A stretch of DNA of 64,000 bases from Lytechinus pictus. Taxonomy: Eukaryota. Positions within the stretch are counted from its first letter, which is position 1. Every line of letters starts with the position of its first letter. Below the pieces are notes generated by a model. It ran no database searches. It saw nothing but the letters and a program-made list of their open reading frames with translations, and was not told the origin of the DNA. Location: contig NC_087250.1 of assembly GCF_037042905.1 (NCBI RefSeq), positions 21,640,001-21,704,000 of the forward strand, in the 5' to 3' direction. Below are positions 1 to 14,387 of the stretch, in pieces. The position numbers and the translations under genes are program-made.

Positions 1-769
1 TAAATGTGAAATTAGATGGTCGAATGTTTATTACCTTGTGTAAGGATATATATCTGACATTCCATATCTGACCAGGGAGGCGCGATAGCTCAGTCGGTAG
101 AGCGGGGAATTGTATTCCGGTGACCCGGGGTCGATTCCCACGTGGTGCGCTAGTGCCCTTTGGTAAGGCATTAATCCTCAGTACCAGGTCCTTCGGAGAG
201 GACCATTAGCCGTCGCTCCTCTGGTTGCTTGCTTACAAGCATTCATGCTTTCTTAGCAATCAGGTAAAAAATCATCACCACCACTAAATATATGACCGCA
301 GAAGGGTATAGTAGCCAGCTCATTTTAAAAATAAATCGCCATTTATGAAGATAACTATGATAGGATCAAATTCATCAACTGAAACATTAAAATAGCCCCA
401 ATTCTTCCGGCAGTCATAAATAGTTCCAAATCATTGAAATATCTTCCCAATTCGGGCAAAGGAAGTTCAGTAGTTACCATTTCTAGATCAGTGTTAGATT
501 TTGAATCATATCCATACACTTTGTCAATCAACAATATCAAATTGAAAAAAAAATCGAATGGGTTGGGTCGAACGAGTTGTTTTAGCCCTCCTGATGTAAT
601 TAGGCTCATGGAACTCTTCGTACTTCATATTAAACTTTTCCACGTATGAACAGCTTCTACTTGACTTGAAACGATGTATAGCCTAAACTTACGATTGTTC
701 AGGCTGGCCAAATATTGATATTTTTAAAAAGAAACTGAGAAATCAAGAAATGATCCAATATCATAAACT
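1..769 (+). repeat. Near-identical direct duplication, copy 1 (left end outside the window)
   Basis: Matches 6862-7630 at offset 6861. Only one substitution noticed (417 T vs 7278 C). Confidence 0.95.
75..285 (+). mobile_element. tRNA-derived SINE (second copy at 6936-7146)
   Basis: A-box TAGCTCAGTCGGTAGAGC, B-box GGGTCGATTCCC, core-like GTGCCCTTTGGTAAGGCATTAATC and a simple-repeat tail. Confidence 0.8.
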
Positions 770-1248
770 TTTTTTTCAAAACCGACCGCTCGCTCGCTAC
801 GCTTTCTGGCAGAAAGGTAAAGCCTAAATCAAAATATCTGTCTTATCAATTAGAAATCACTTTAAAAAGGCTTTCATTTTGACTTATAAATGTATTTTTA
901 GGCTTTGACACCCCCCCCCAAAAAAAAAAAACCATTCTGCCTCCTCTGTCCCAAGGAGTGGAGAAAAACATACGTTGATAATGGGCATGCCAGGATCAGA
1001 TGACCCTGGTAATGATAATTATTGCAATGTAAATCGCCAAAAAAATAATGTATTAAATGTACAAAGGTAACTACATTATTATTTTAATCATGTCTAACTT
1101 TATCATGAAATTATTTTTGTTTTACATGTACAAGGGTCAAAATTTTCGCTCGCTCACACCTTTAATACATTTTGCCCTGTGTGTCATGTCCGCCGCCTAA
1201 GCATTGTTGTCTCATTGTTCTATATACATGTATTGAAAGTTTGAAATG

Positions 1249-1374
1249 CCTTGGCCTTGGCCTTGAGGTTTTCAGGCCTTGGCCTTGGCCTTGGGTTTGC
1301 ATGCCTTGGCCTCGGCCTTGGGTATTGAAGCCTTGGCCTTGGCCTTGGAGGATTGAGCCTTGACTACAACACTG
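1249..1374 (-). repeat. (CCTTGG)n repeat within the end of a CAGTG-terminated MITE
   Basis: ggccttggccttgg repeats end at ccttgactacaacactg. Confidence 0.65.
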
Positions 1375-2684
1375 GTATATTCTCATACTCCGAAAGGTGT
1401 CGACAGAATAAAGTTTCAGTTTCACATTTTTGTCATTATCGTTCCCTTATATGGATGGTCTCAGTTTACCATCGTTTCGGACTTATTTTAAATCGTTGAA
1501 ATTCATAGGAGTGAAAAACTGGCCAGACTTGGCGTATGAAGGAGCCTTTATAAACAGCTCGCAGCTTGGGAGCAAAATATTTTCACTTCAAAAAATACAA
1601 ATAAAAAATACAAAGATGTTATTTTTATATAGGTTTTAAAATACTGATATAATACTCAAATATAATTTAGAATTTCCCGGCGAATTCGCTCAATTTTCAT
1701 TTTAATATTGTTGGCATTTAAATTAGCGTAGATCGGTTTTAACGTGCGAATTGTCATTAAATGTTTTCATTTTTGCATACGATTCAGGATGTTTGTCAAA
1801 GGTTTGTGGGTTATTTTCATTTAAATAAGAAACGAACCAGTTAACATTAAAAATAGTAATTATCGAAGCGTCATTTCTAGCTTCAGCTTTAAAGTTAGCG
1901 ATTGGAATTCTTGTTTTTAAGAGATCAAGTTAAGAATGCAGGGAAATGTTTACAAATCTAAGAATGTGCCGAAAGTGCCTGTTTGACGTTGTGATCTACT
2001 ATGTAATTTCCTATATTAGTTTTCAAGAACGAAGTATCTGGGTCTATTCAGACATTTAGCTAAGAAGGGGAGTAATAAATATACATTCTTTAGAGACATG
2101 TCTATAGCATATTGAGTAAGAAAAGATATATATAAATATTTATATATTTTTGCTTTTAGGGGAGTTTTTGAAATAATTTGTTTATTGATAATCTTAGATG
2201 GATTTTCCTCAAACCTGCAAAAAAATGTGTTTTTTCTGCCATTTTTGTAATAAATGTTTTGTCAGGATAAGCTTTCCATTAATGTTTATTTGAGGTTTCT
2301 TTTTTTAATTATGTAAAATGGTTAGCATCATTATAATCGATTCAATTTGAAAAACCCACACCTAAATTCTGTTATTAATGCCTTTGTTATTGAAATATTA
2401 TCGAGTTTGTGATTTTTTTTTAAATCACAAAATATTAATAAAAACATTATTTTATTCATTTTTGTCACTTAAAATAAAAGGATGAATCGAGAACGATTTT
2501 AATAAGCATCAATAATTTTCTTTATTTAGAAAATTATTTTAAAAATATAAAATTTTATTTTAGACCGTCATCTCAGTAGCGTTTTTAACAATACTGTTAC
2601 GTGATTGGTTATGTTTTTTTGATAGGCTAAAGAACAATCGTCGGCTTCCTTGGCCAAATATTACACAATTATAACGTAATTTAA

Positions 2685-3880
2685 AGGTATGCTCCGGGCT
2701 GAATATTTTAGTGTCTCAATAAAAGGGATGGTCCGGGCTGAAAGTATTTATAGCTTAATAAATAGAGTAGAATTCACTGAGCAAAATGCCGAAAATTCAT
2801 CAAAATCAGATAACAAATAACAAAGTTATTGAATTTTAAAGTTTAGCAATATTTTGTGAAAACAGCCATGAATATTCATTAGGTGGGCTGATGATGTCAC
2901 ATCCCCACTTTGTATTTTATCATATGAAATTAGGTTTATTCAAATTTTTACCTCCAAGAACTAGAAAAATTGGATTGACAACTGATTTAGTGCATTAGAT
3001 ATTTATCGCTGCAACTTATTTCATTATAAGAGAGATACATTATTCACACAAGTGAATAATAAAAAAATATGATTTTATGTAATAACATAAGAAAACGGAA
3101 AGGGGAGATGTGACATCATCAGCCCACCTAATGAATATTCATGACGACTGTTTTCACAAAATATTACTAAATTTTAAACTTCAATAACTTTATTATTTGT
3201 TATCCGATTTTGATGAAGTTTTCTGCATTTTGCTCAGTGAATTCTACTTTATGTATTAAGATATAAATATTTTCAGCCCGGACCATCCCTTTAATACAGT
3301 GAAATTCACAGAGCAAAATGTTGAAATTTGATCAAAATCGGATAACAAATAAGGGAGTAATTTCATTTTAAAGATTTGCATTATTCCGGTTAAACAGGTC
3401 TAGGCAAGACTTCATGAATATTCATTAGGTTGGCTGATGATGTCATATCCCCACTTGGTCTTTTGTATCTTACTATATGAAATTAGGTTCATTCAAGTTT
3501 TTCTACTAGGAATTAAAACAATTGGATTGACAACTAATTATTTTTTAAATTGATTTTATCATTTTATTATTTAATTTATAACATCAGTCATTTCTTGCTG
3601 CAACTTATTACATCATAATGGAGACACACCATTTACATATATATAAAACAATTATGATTTCATGCAATGACACAAGAAAAGGGAAAGTGGGGATATGACA
3701 TCATCAGCCCAACTAATGCATACTCATGAGACCTGTCTAGAACTGTTTCACCGGAATAATGCAAATCTTTAAAATTAAATTTGTCATTTATTAACCGATT
3801 TTGATGAAATTTCCGCACTTTGCTCAGTGAACTTTAATCTATTTATTGAGATATAAATATCTTCAGCCCGGAGCATTTGT
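2685..3880. mobile_element. Kolobok-like MITE family A, with a younger same-family copy nested at 2724-3290
   Basis: Outer copy TTAA|AGGTATGCTCCGGGCTG...CAGCCCGGAGCATTTGT|TTAA. Inner copy AGGGATGGTCCGGGCTG...CAGCCCGGACCATCCCT|TTAA. Long inverted arms. Confidence 0.82.
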
Positions 3881-4259
3881 TTAAAATCATATGAGCCTTT
3901 AACAATTAAAAGAACAATGCCACATTTATTATGAATTTAATATTAAAAATTAAACTCTTTTGTATAAGATTTAAACACTAGTTCAAAACGTCTCAGTAAC
4001 TCCTTGACGGTTCATAATAGTATTAATCAATGTTGTTTAAAACAGTTCTGTTCTAACTCATTTTTAAATCGTTACCACAACTGGTATTTATCTTAAAGGC
4101 CTGGTTCACTGCACTTACAGATGCAGATAGGATGTAAAACGAAAAAGATCTTGCCATCCGTTGGAAATCATTTAATATTGTATCAGTTGCGTACTCTTTG
4201 CATAGTGTTTTATACGCTCTACATCCATCGAGCATGCGTCCACTGTGATTTCATTGCGC

Positions 4260-4782
4260 ATACATTCGTAATTCCGAAGCTTCGTTATTCCGAAGGTTCG
4301 GATATTTCGAAAGTTCGTTAGTCCGAAAACGAAATGAGGTTCGTAATTCCGAAGGTTCGTTAGTCCGAAAATGAAGTGAGGTTCGTAATTCCGAAGGTTC
4401 GTTAATCCGAAAACGAAATGAGGTTCGTAATTCCGAAGGTTCGTTAGTCCGAAAACGAAATGATTAACAAACCTTATTTCGTTTTCGGACTAACGAACCT
4501 TCGGATCAACGAATCTTATTTCGTTTTCGGATTAACGAACCTTCGGAACAACGAACCTTATTTCGTTTTCGGATTAACGAACCTTCGGAACATCGAACCT
4601 TATTTCGTTTTCGGATTATCGAACCTTCGGAATAACGCCACAAATGTTCGGATTAACAATCCCTTTTACGTTTTCGGATTAACGAACATCGAGGTATAGG
4701 CAATTTACGTGTTTCGGAATTACGAACCTTCGGAATAAAGAACCTTCGGAATTACGAACCTTCAGAATTACGAAGTGTAACC
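4260..4782. mobile_element. Foldback-type element built from inverted arrays of ~42-bp TTCCGAAGGTTCG units
   Basis: Left half reads (cgtaattccgaaggttcgttagtccgaaaacgaaatgaggtt)n and the right half is its reverse complement. A decayed relative lies at about 51800-52190. Confidence 0.75.
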
Positions 4783-5984
4783 ATTTCATTATTTACCCAT
4801 TTTGTCCATTATCTGGAGTGGATGAAAACGGATAAGGCCGCCCCGAAATGTTGCTTGTCTGTTGTATCCGTTAATGTGAATACGTCTTGTGTCCGTCGGC
4901 AAGTACAGTGAGACTACACACGTAGCCCAATCAAAATACAATGAAGCTTGTCAGAATTGATTTCTTTTTTAAAGATAACTTTCCGTTGTCCATTTGAAAG
5001 AAAATCTTATATAAGAATATAATCTAGAAAGTTAAAGATTATATCTATTATCCGTTTATTTTTTAAAGCATCATGGCATAATTTTCCTTACAAAAAATAT
5101 GTATATACTTTTAATAATGAGGGGAAAATACATAATTATATAATTATAAAACCAGTATTCTACCAACTGTAATACCTAAATGTCTTATTAACTGTTCTAA
5201 TGAAATCGGTTATTATATTTACTTTTTAAGGGAAGTTCACCCTGAGACATGCAAAAGTAATTATCGACGCATGGTTCGCTATCATGCATCCGGTAAATTT
5301 GCCATGCATAAGTAATTAGACGCATGGAAAATTTACCGGATGCATGGCTGCCCATGCGTCAATAATCACTTATGCGTGATACGCACTCTACATTCTTTAA
5401 CCATTGATTGCATCGACTATATTAAATGTACAATCAATCGTGACAATCAAGCATGCGATTAATCGCTAACCTTTGTGTTACGGGCCCTTTGTAATTGTAG
5501 GTTAATCCTTGTGTAGATTAAGAAAACAGATACAAGGACATAAAGGTACGTTTTGTTCTCACATATTATAGAAATACGAGACAAATAATATATTTATATC
5601 ATTATTAATATTAAAGAAGTTTCTACATTGATGAAAAATCCGAACATAAACATTTTGATTTGGGAAATTTCAGAAGTACTGCTGTCCGATGAATTATTCG
5701 AAAAAATTGATAGAGTGCATACTTGACCCCACATCAAACACATTGGGGCTTGTCAAAATAGTTATATTTTGTTTGAAGAAAAATCGGGCCTAAAATATTG
5801 TGACAGAAAATTTTTATATACATAAAAAAATATTTAACTTACAAAGTTAACGAATATAAATAATCCGTTTTCAAGACTTTTTTAAGCAACAATATATGCT
5901 TGTATAAAATTTTATTATATTTCACTTAGAGGATCTACCCGACAAACAAAAAAAACCCTACTATTGTACATGAACCTGAATACT

Positions 5985-6635
5985 TTTTCTATTTTATTGA
6001 AATACATTTAATCAGGAAACACACAAGATCAGTATAAAACACTGTAACAGTTTTACATCAAGGTCCTGAAAAGGTTAAAAAGTTACATCAAAATTAAAAA
6101 ATCAAAACTGATATAACAATACGACCAGCTCAAAACGATAAGTTGTAAAAATAGAAAAACGACAATGGCTTTTCATACTTATGCAATTTATTAAAAATTA
6201 GTAGGTACAGGTTGAAATGAGAAAGAGAAGAGGGACCCATTTGAAGAGTACACACTACGCATCCATCCATCAAACCTATCACCCAACACACATTCACCCA
6301 CAACCAATCAACCCCACCCAGATTCATTCATTAACTATCAATGAACAATCACGGTATACAGATCATCATGCAATAACACATGAATAAAAACAGTCCACAC
6401 ACGACTCATTCTTATTGGGTCAACAATTAGAAAAGGGGGTAATGAAACGTATGGGAATTATTTGAACAGATAGGTTTTTTATTTAAGTTTGAACGTTTCT
6501 ACTGATAGGATCTTATTACGCACGGCAAACCATTCCATAATTTTGGGGCTGCACAGGCAAAACCACGATCTCCCAAAGTTATCTTTGTATTATGAGTGGG
6601 GATATGAAGGCGCAAATTATCATGAGAAGTAAATT
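5985..6635 (-). mobile_element. CR1/L2-group LINE 3' end
   Basis: Minus translation ...TKITLGDRGFACAAPKLWNGLP...ETFKLK*KTYLF is the typical CR1/L2 ORF2 C-terminus, followed by a 3' UTR with AATAAA. Confidence 0.8.
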
Positions 6636-6861
6636 ATTAAGAGAATTAGCATATTACATATTGTTACGTATGCTAATTAGATCATTGTGCTAATTAGGCA
6701 TAAAACGCTCAAGGCCGCCAAGGTGGCATATTATGCAACCAAGCTAGATTAACCTCAGTACCGATTTAGAACATTAATCAACTAAATTGGTGTCACGCGT
6801 GTAAAACATTCCCCATAGACTTGTGTGTTAAAATGGCACTTTTGAAAAATTCATAAAAAAA

Positions 6862-7630
6862 TAAATGTGAAATTAGATGGTCGAATGTTTATTACCTTGT
6901 GTAAGGATATATATCTGACATTCCATATCTGACCAGGGAGGCGCGATAGCTCAGTCGGTAGAGCGGGGAATTGTATTCCGGTGACCCGGGGTCGATTCCC
7001 ACGTGGTGCGCTAGTGCCCTTTGGTAAGGCATTAATCCTCAGTACCAGGTCCTTCGGAGAGGACCATTAGCCGTCGCTCCTCTGGTTGCTTGCTTACAAG
7101 CATTCATGCTTTCTTAGCAATCAGGTAAAAAATCATCACCACCACTAAATATATGACCGCAGAAGGGTATAGTAGCCAGCTCATTTTAAAAATAAATCGC
7201 CATTTATGAAGATAACTATGATAGGATCAAATTCATCAACTGAAACATTAAAATAGCCCCAATTCTTCCGGCAGTCACAAATAGTTCCAAATCATTGAAA
7301 TATCTTCCCAATTCGGGCAAAGGAAGTTCAGTAGTTACCATTTCTAGATCAGTGTTAGATTTTGAATCATATCCATACACTTTGTCAATCAACAATATCA
7401 AATTGAAAAAAAAATCGAATGGGTTGGGTCGAACGAGTTGTTTTAGCCCTCCTGATGTAATTAGGCTCATGGAACTCTTCGTACTTCATATTAAACTTTT
7501 CCACGTATGAACAGCTTCTACTTGACTTGAAACGATGTATAGCCTAAACTTACGATTGTTCAGGCTGGCCAAATATTGATATTTTTAAAAAGAAACTGAG
7601 AAATCAAGAAATGATCCAATATCATAAACT
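6862..7630 (+). repeat. Near-identical direct duplication, copy 2
   Basis: Same sequence as 1-769. Duplicated ORFs appear in the ORF track (355/7216, 434/7295). Confidence 0.95.
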
Positions 7631-10600
7631 GCAGGAAACAATTAGTTAATATTAGAAGATATAATTTACAAAGTTAGTATTATATGATTGCTTTAAAATA
7701 TTTTTTCATAAGCAAAAGAAATAATTTGAAAAAGTATTTAGAACGAAAATAAATATATATATATTTTTTTTACTAAAAATCTCAAATGAATAATAGGCAT
7801 TTTTCCTACTGAATATTTTTTTTTTATTATATATTGGGTAAACCCTTGATTAAGATCGATTATCACCCGTATCAGACATCTGAGCTGGTCATTTACAAAA
7901 CCGTATTTCCCTGTATTTTATTATTATCAGGAAGGGATAGGTATATTATTTGTATTTTCCTCGGTCTCAATGCGCGTATTGACTTTGCATGCAGAGACGA
8001 CGCAAAATATACCTTTGTATTTTGGTCTCACATCCGGGCCTTTGAGGATGCGAATGAAGTGATACGCTTCATAATGTTCCGCGCACCAACGATCTACGTC
8101 ATAATAAAGACAACGCTGGATCTGGGCGCTTGCAAGTACGTCATAATGGTAAAGTGCAGAGCCTAGACACTGATATTATCATGACACAACATAACTCTAT
8201 TCTTAAAAGATATCACTGTTATCATGATTTTTGCTCTAGATATCTGATTTGGATGATAATAAAAATATTGACTGCCCTTCTTTCGGGGAACATCAAATAT
8301 ATTGCCCTTAAAAGACCCATATTGCCCTCGTCTAAAGACTCGGCCAATATGATTCTTTTGCTGGCAATATATTTGATGTTCCCCTCAAGACCAGTCAATA
8401 TTATATAATTATTACATTTAGTTATTAATACGTACACCGGGTGCCCATCCAATACTAATTTTTAAAGTTACATGTCATTTGTGATAATGATTTTTTAAAA
8501 TGGTGATGGCATGGTGATCCCCGTGTAGATTCTGGAAACAAATACGGGGAATTTTTTGTCCATCATATCCCGAAAAAGGGATAAAACTTGATAAATGACT
8601 GAGCTACTAAAATGAGGCCTATATCAACTTTATTTTCAATGAACAAATAGATTGTAAACACTCTGATATCAGTTTGATCCGAGTCACAGCAGGAGACGTT
8701 TATTCTATACAGGGGACTTGCCGAAGTCTTTTTTAAGATCTGTATGAACTAAGATGATAAGTCGACCACCCCCCCCCCCCCCCCCAAAAAAAAAAAAAAA
8801 AAAAAGACGCTAATATAGATTAATAGATACAAATCCGACAAACATAAACTGAAAATTTCATCAAAATTGAGTTTGGAATAAGAAAGTTAAGAAATTCGTA
8901 TGTTTCGCTTAATTTCACAAAACATTTATATGCACAGAAATATGTAAATGATGGGACTGGTGACGTCACACACTCACTATGTGCTTTGTGTTTCATTTTG
9001 TGAAATATGAGAAAAATAACTTTCTCCCCGTTTTCATGTGAGAGAGTGATTAGATTTAGATTCATTTATTTTCGTTCAACAATTTTTTTCAAAGTATAAT
9101 CAAAGTAACGATACACATTCAATATAATACAGACAGATCAATGAAATTTCGTAACAAATGTTGAATATAAATTAAACAAAACTACAATGTGTTGCAATAA
9201 TTTCATCTATGAAAAGAAACAAGAAATGAACGGAGGGACTTGCCAAGAAAAGCAAAAGCTTGTAGAGAAGGCAAGCCCCTAAACTTAGTTTCAATGCTAA
9301 TTATGAACAACTATATACAAAATCGAGACGGACACAGAAGACAAGCTTAAAACAAGTAATCCGCAAAAATCAAAATAAAACGAATAAGCGACAACAAAAA
9401 TAAGAGAAAATAGTTCAAATAATAATAATTACACTGATAACAAAAAAATTAATACTTATATATAACTGAAAATGTCTAATTCCATTGGTTCAATGAAGCT
9501 GCCCATTATTGTCGATCAGTCCAGGATAGACCCCATACAAAATGGACCAAACTTTGGTTTTTGATTTATTTCTTGATGGTTTCTTGTCAATTTAGAAACA
9601 GAAATAGAAAATCCAGGGTACTGATTCCAAATCTGAATGTTGCCGCTCACGTAAATTTGAGAAATCTGCATATCAATCAGAACGTGCAGATTATATGTTT
9701 TGTCAAATTAAGAGATGGCTTTATAATTGTCTTATTTTACATTTGATTTTGATGGAATTTTCAGTGCAATGATTGTTGGAGTGTTCATAATTATTTATTT
9801 GTTTATTTATTATTCATTTATTATCTATTTATTTATTCATTTAGTTAATCATTTATTAAATTACTAATTTTTTTTCATTCATTTATGTACAGATTTATAT
9901 ATCATTTATTCAGAAATTTTCTTATGAATTTATTGATTATTTTATTTATCTATATATGTATTTAATTACTTTTATTTATCTATTTATTTATCATTTTATT
10001 CATTCATTTATTTATTTGAACAAAACCTCTTTATATCAAAGGCACTCACAAGACTTGGTGCGTTCATACTGATAAAAAATAATACAAGCAATGCGAACAA
10101 TAAAAACAGCATAAAAACGTTAATCCTTTTACATCACAAAACTACTGTGTTCGCTTAACATGACAAAAGGAATTAATATTACTCAAGAATTATTTAATAT
10201 ATTATCATTATTTTTGATATGGTGGAGTGATCCTTTAAAAGAAGACTTTAGAATTGATATTTGAGACTTATAAGGTCGTCGGCTTGCCACAATAAGGGAC
10301 TCAGGGTATTATTTTTAGATTATTTTTTTAAATTGATAGATTGAATCGTAGATGAATCAATGAGCCAAGAAATTATTTCAAATTCAAAAGTAGAACTCAA
10401 AATTTCCGAAAATCAAGACGGACATAACAAGAAACACTAATTATCGTAAAAAATACTCCCAAGTATCTTCATGCGGACGCCAGCGCGCGGCGTGCAGTGT
10501 ATCATACCGACATCTTTTTTTCCGTCAGAATGTGATTGTTAATAAAACGCTCATTCTCGAGGTAGAACGGCGCTGGCCAAAAAGAAGCAAAATTTGAAAA

Positions 10601-11052
10601 AGTTTGCGCGAAATATTTTCCGCCACACATTTGATAAAAAGGTATTAAAATATACACAATATAGTATTTTTTTTAAATAGTTGATAAAAAGTATTTTCCC
10701 TCTTAGCATAATATTAAAGTAATCAAAGTGTTATATCTTAAATTTAAGCAAGAAACAACAAAAACATATCGTCAAAAATCTATCAGATATGTTACCTTTT
10801 CTTGAATTTTGTAAAAAAATTATGTCCTTGGTAAACTTTATAATCGATTCTCGAATTCTGTTTTATTCGTTTTACTTTTTTGGTATGCTGATAGAAGAGT
10901 GTTTCTCAGGACAGTGTTTCCAAAAAACAAATTTCCAGAAACTGAATCACAAATTCCCCGAAATTCCTAGAAATTTCCTGTAATTTTCAAGCTTGATTTT
11001 TAACAAGAATCGGGCAATAATACAGCTGGCCTAACAAGGAATTTAACCATTT

Positions 11053-12548
11053 TTATCGCATCCGGCCCGAAGGGCAAGATGAGCAGGTGAGCATATGCCG
11101 TGGGGTGGCGTCCGTCGTCTGTCGTCTGTCGCCGTCTACAATTTCAAAATGCTTCTTCTTCGCCATTTCAAGTCCAATTTCAATTCTGTTTGCTTTATAT
11201 GATAGCACTAGGTTGGGGATTCAAAACTTCTTCACTGAATTTTGAAATTCATTAAATATGCTAATTTATGCGCATTTATCAAAATTCACAAAAAATGCTT
11301 CTTCTTCTTTATTTGTGGACCGATTTTGAATTTTTTGCTTGCATCTGGTAGAGCTTCATGAGGTTCACCAAACTCCTACAAAGAGTTTTAAAAATTATGA
11401 CTAGAACCATTCTTATGCTAATTTATGCATATTTTTTAAAATTCACATAAAATGCTTCTTCTTTATTTGTTGACCGATTTTGATTTTTTCTTGCATCTGG
11501 TAGAGCTTCACGAGGTTCACCAAACATCTACACAGAATTTTTACATTTGGAGTAGAAAATTAATTATGCTAATTCATACGAAATTCATACATCACAGAAA
11601 ATGCCTCTTCTTTATATGTTGACTGAATTTCAAAATGCTTCTTCTTCGTCATTTCAAGTCTGATTTCAATTCTGTTTGCTTTATACATGTATGATAGCAC
11701 TACTTGGGGGATTAAAAACATCTACACAGAATTTCGAAACTCGTTAAATATGCTAATTTATGCGTATTTTTAAAATTCACATAAAATGCTTCTTCTACTT
11801 TAATTGTTGATCGATTTTGATCTTTTCCATCTGGTAGAACTTCATGAGGTTCACCAAACTTCTACACAGAATTTTGAAATTTATAAGTAGAAAATAATTT
11901 ATGCTAATTTATGCGAAATGTATTCGTAAATCACAGAAAATGCCTATTCTTTATTTGTTGACCGATTTTGATTTTTTCTGCTTCAATCTGGTAGAGCTGG
12001 ATGAGGTTTACCAAACTTGTACACAAAATTTTTAAAATTTTCTTTAGAAAATTATTTATGCTAATTTATGCAAAATTTATTCATTAATCAGAAAAATATT
12101 TTTTCTTCATCATTTGTTGATCAATTTCAATTTTGTTTGCTTTATATGATAGCTCGAGGTGGTGATACAAAATTTCAACACAGAATTTTGAAACTCATTA
12201 AATATGCTAATTTATTCATATATTTTCAAAACTCACAAAAAATAATTATTTATTTGTTGATTGATTTTGATTATTTTTGTTCCATCTGAGAGCTACATGA
12301 AGTTCACCAAGGTTCTACATAGAGTTTAGACATTTTGACGAGAAAATTATTTATGCTTAATTTATATGAAATTTATTTATAGATCACAAAAAATGCTTCT
12401 ATGTCATTTCTTCATCAATTTCAATTCTATATCCTCAATTCATGTCACCAATATAATTCACTCCTGTGTCAACTGGACTGAAATTAAAATTGTGTTCAAT
12501 TTCGTTGCGAGATGCCGGATGAGCTCCACATCATTGATGTGCTAGGTT
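11053..12548 (+). mobile_element. HINE/DINE-1-like element with internal tandem repeats
   Basis: T-run insertion. CATCCGGC / GCCGGATG subterminal IR, (GTCGTCT)n microsatellite and 3' hairpin CACATCATTGATGTG followed by CTAG. Confidence 0.65.
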
Positions 12549-14387
12549 TTTCGTTCACTTCCTCTTTAGAAATTGGAATAAAATTCGAAATGCGAGTGCA
12601 GAGAACGAGCGCATTTTTTTTCGATACGTATGGAGGTGAACAGTTCTTAAAATATAACATGAATATTAAAAAATGAAAAAATTTATTGTTGTTTTATTGT
12701 AATTTTCGGATTACCCGGAATTACCTGAAAATGATCTCGGGTAATTTTCTTGATATAGGAAACACTGGAGGAAAAAAAACTAACACGGTCAAGTATTTCT
12801 TCCTCCTTCATATCAAAATAATTTACAATATTTATTTTATCCTAAATTTGACTTTTTTTGCTTTATTTTTATATTTGATACGATACAATTTTTAGAAACC
12901 TTTGCGACCATGAAGAGTTTAAAAGTTCGATATCCATGGTAGAGATGCCCCCCCCCAAAAAAAAAAAAATGAAGTAGTGTGTTATGTATGAAAGGAATGT
13001 GTCTTTGTTTGTCATTTGTATTATATCTTCTTAATTGCTATATCTATCAATGAATTGGATTCAGATTCAGACCTTCTTCGGAATCTATTTCTGTTTTTTT
13101 TTTTTTGGTTCGGTTTCATTTTTTAGATATAGAAGAGATAAATTGGATCGATTTCTTTCATTAAAATTCAGTAAATATTTTCGAAATAATTGTTTTAGCC
13201 CCCGTAATATTACATCTCTTGAATGAGAGTGGATTCAGATTCGCACGCGATATTCTCCGCAATTTCTTCTTTTCTTTTTTACATTTGAGCTAATGTCAGT
13301 GTTCCCAGCTCTTCAGGGAAAATTATTTTACTTTTTTCCAGTCAGAGATAAAAAAGGGATTTGATTTTTAAAAATGCCTCCTATCAAGGAAAAATGTCTC
13401 AAATGAGGGAAAATTCAGGGAATTTTGATCGGCCCAAAAGACGATAGCACGGTAGTCAGTCAGACTCTGTTATATTGTGTTGTATATCATTTGTCCTGTC
13501 TTGTCCAAGTGATTGTCTGTTCACACACTCCTGAACTCATGTTTTTTTATACAGCAGGGGTATATATGATATAATATTTTTTGTTAATTGTAACATAGTA
13601 GGCATAAAAAGCTTGACCCCACTAGTATTCTTTTTCATTGTACAAACCTTTTTAATTTACGATTTGAATTTCATTGATCAAAGATATACATTAATTAACT
13701 ATTTATTGCAGGGAACCCATACTAACAAGCTTTGCTTTCCAGTGGGTTCCCTTTTTTTCATTTCTGTATATTATATTTTTGTGTTTTGCTATACATTGTA
13801 ACTTTTGTTAAATTTTGGAATGAAAAAGAATAAATGCAATCAATCAACAACAAAAAAACATCCATTGAATGACTGGTTATGGTGGTACTAATTAGTTCTA
13901 CATTATTTGATTTTTTTTTCTTGACAATACATGTAATTCACTGCAACAACGTAGAAATCGTGCGAAATTGGTAATGGGTTTAAATAATTATCAGGGTTTT
14001 TTATTTTATCAGGGAAAAATCAGGTAATTTTACTTCCGTGAAAAGCTGGGAGTGAAGGAGGTTCAGAAAACCAGCGCAACTTTTCGTAAGACATAGGGTG
14101 GTCTGTGATATTATAGTAGGTAAACTGACACTCATTCTAAACACAGAATGGTGCGCTTCAAAACTTTGGGATTATTATAATTCGTGAATGAAAATGCTTA
14201 CTGTACGATGGACAATGATATTGATACACATTTAAGTCTTAAATAAAAAAAAAGTTAATTTGAATATTTTCTTATTTGCATGATGAAAAAGCAGTTTTTC
14301 GAAAAAATCAATATTATTTGAAAATACATAAAATTAATTATTAAAAATATGAAGTAATGCAATGGATGTTATGTGACCGCTTGTTAA

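Noticed and set aside
75..150. tRNA gene (also 6936-7011 and 43830-43890)
   Set aside because: A and B boxes are present but there is no clean cloverleaf, and the sequence runs on into a SINE body and tail.
1..7630. LTR retrotransposon with 1-769 and 6862-7630 as LTRs
   Set aside because: The repeat does not end in CA, and the interior shows no primer-binding site or gag/pol, only MITEs and a LINE tail.
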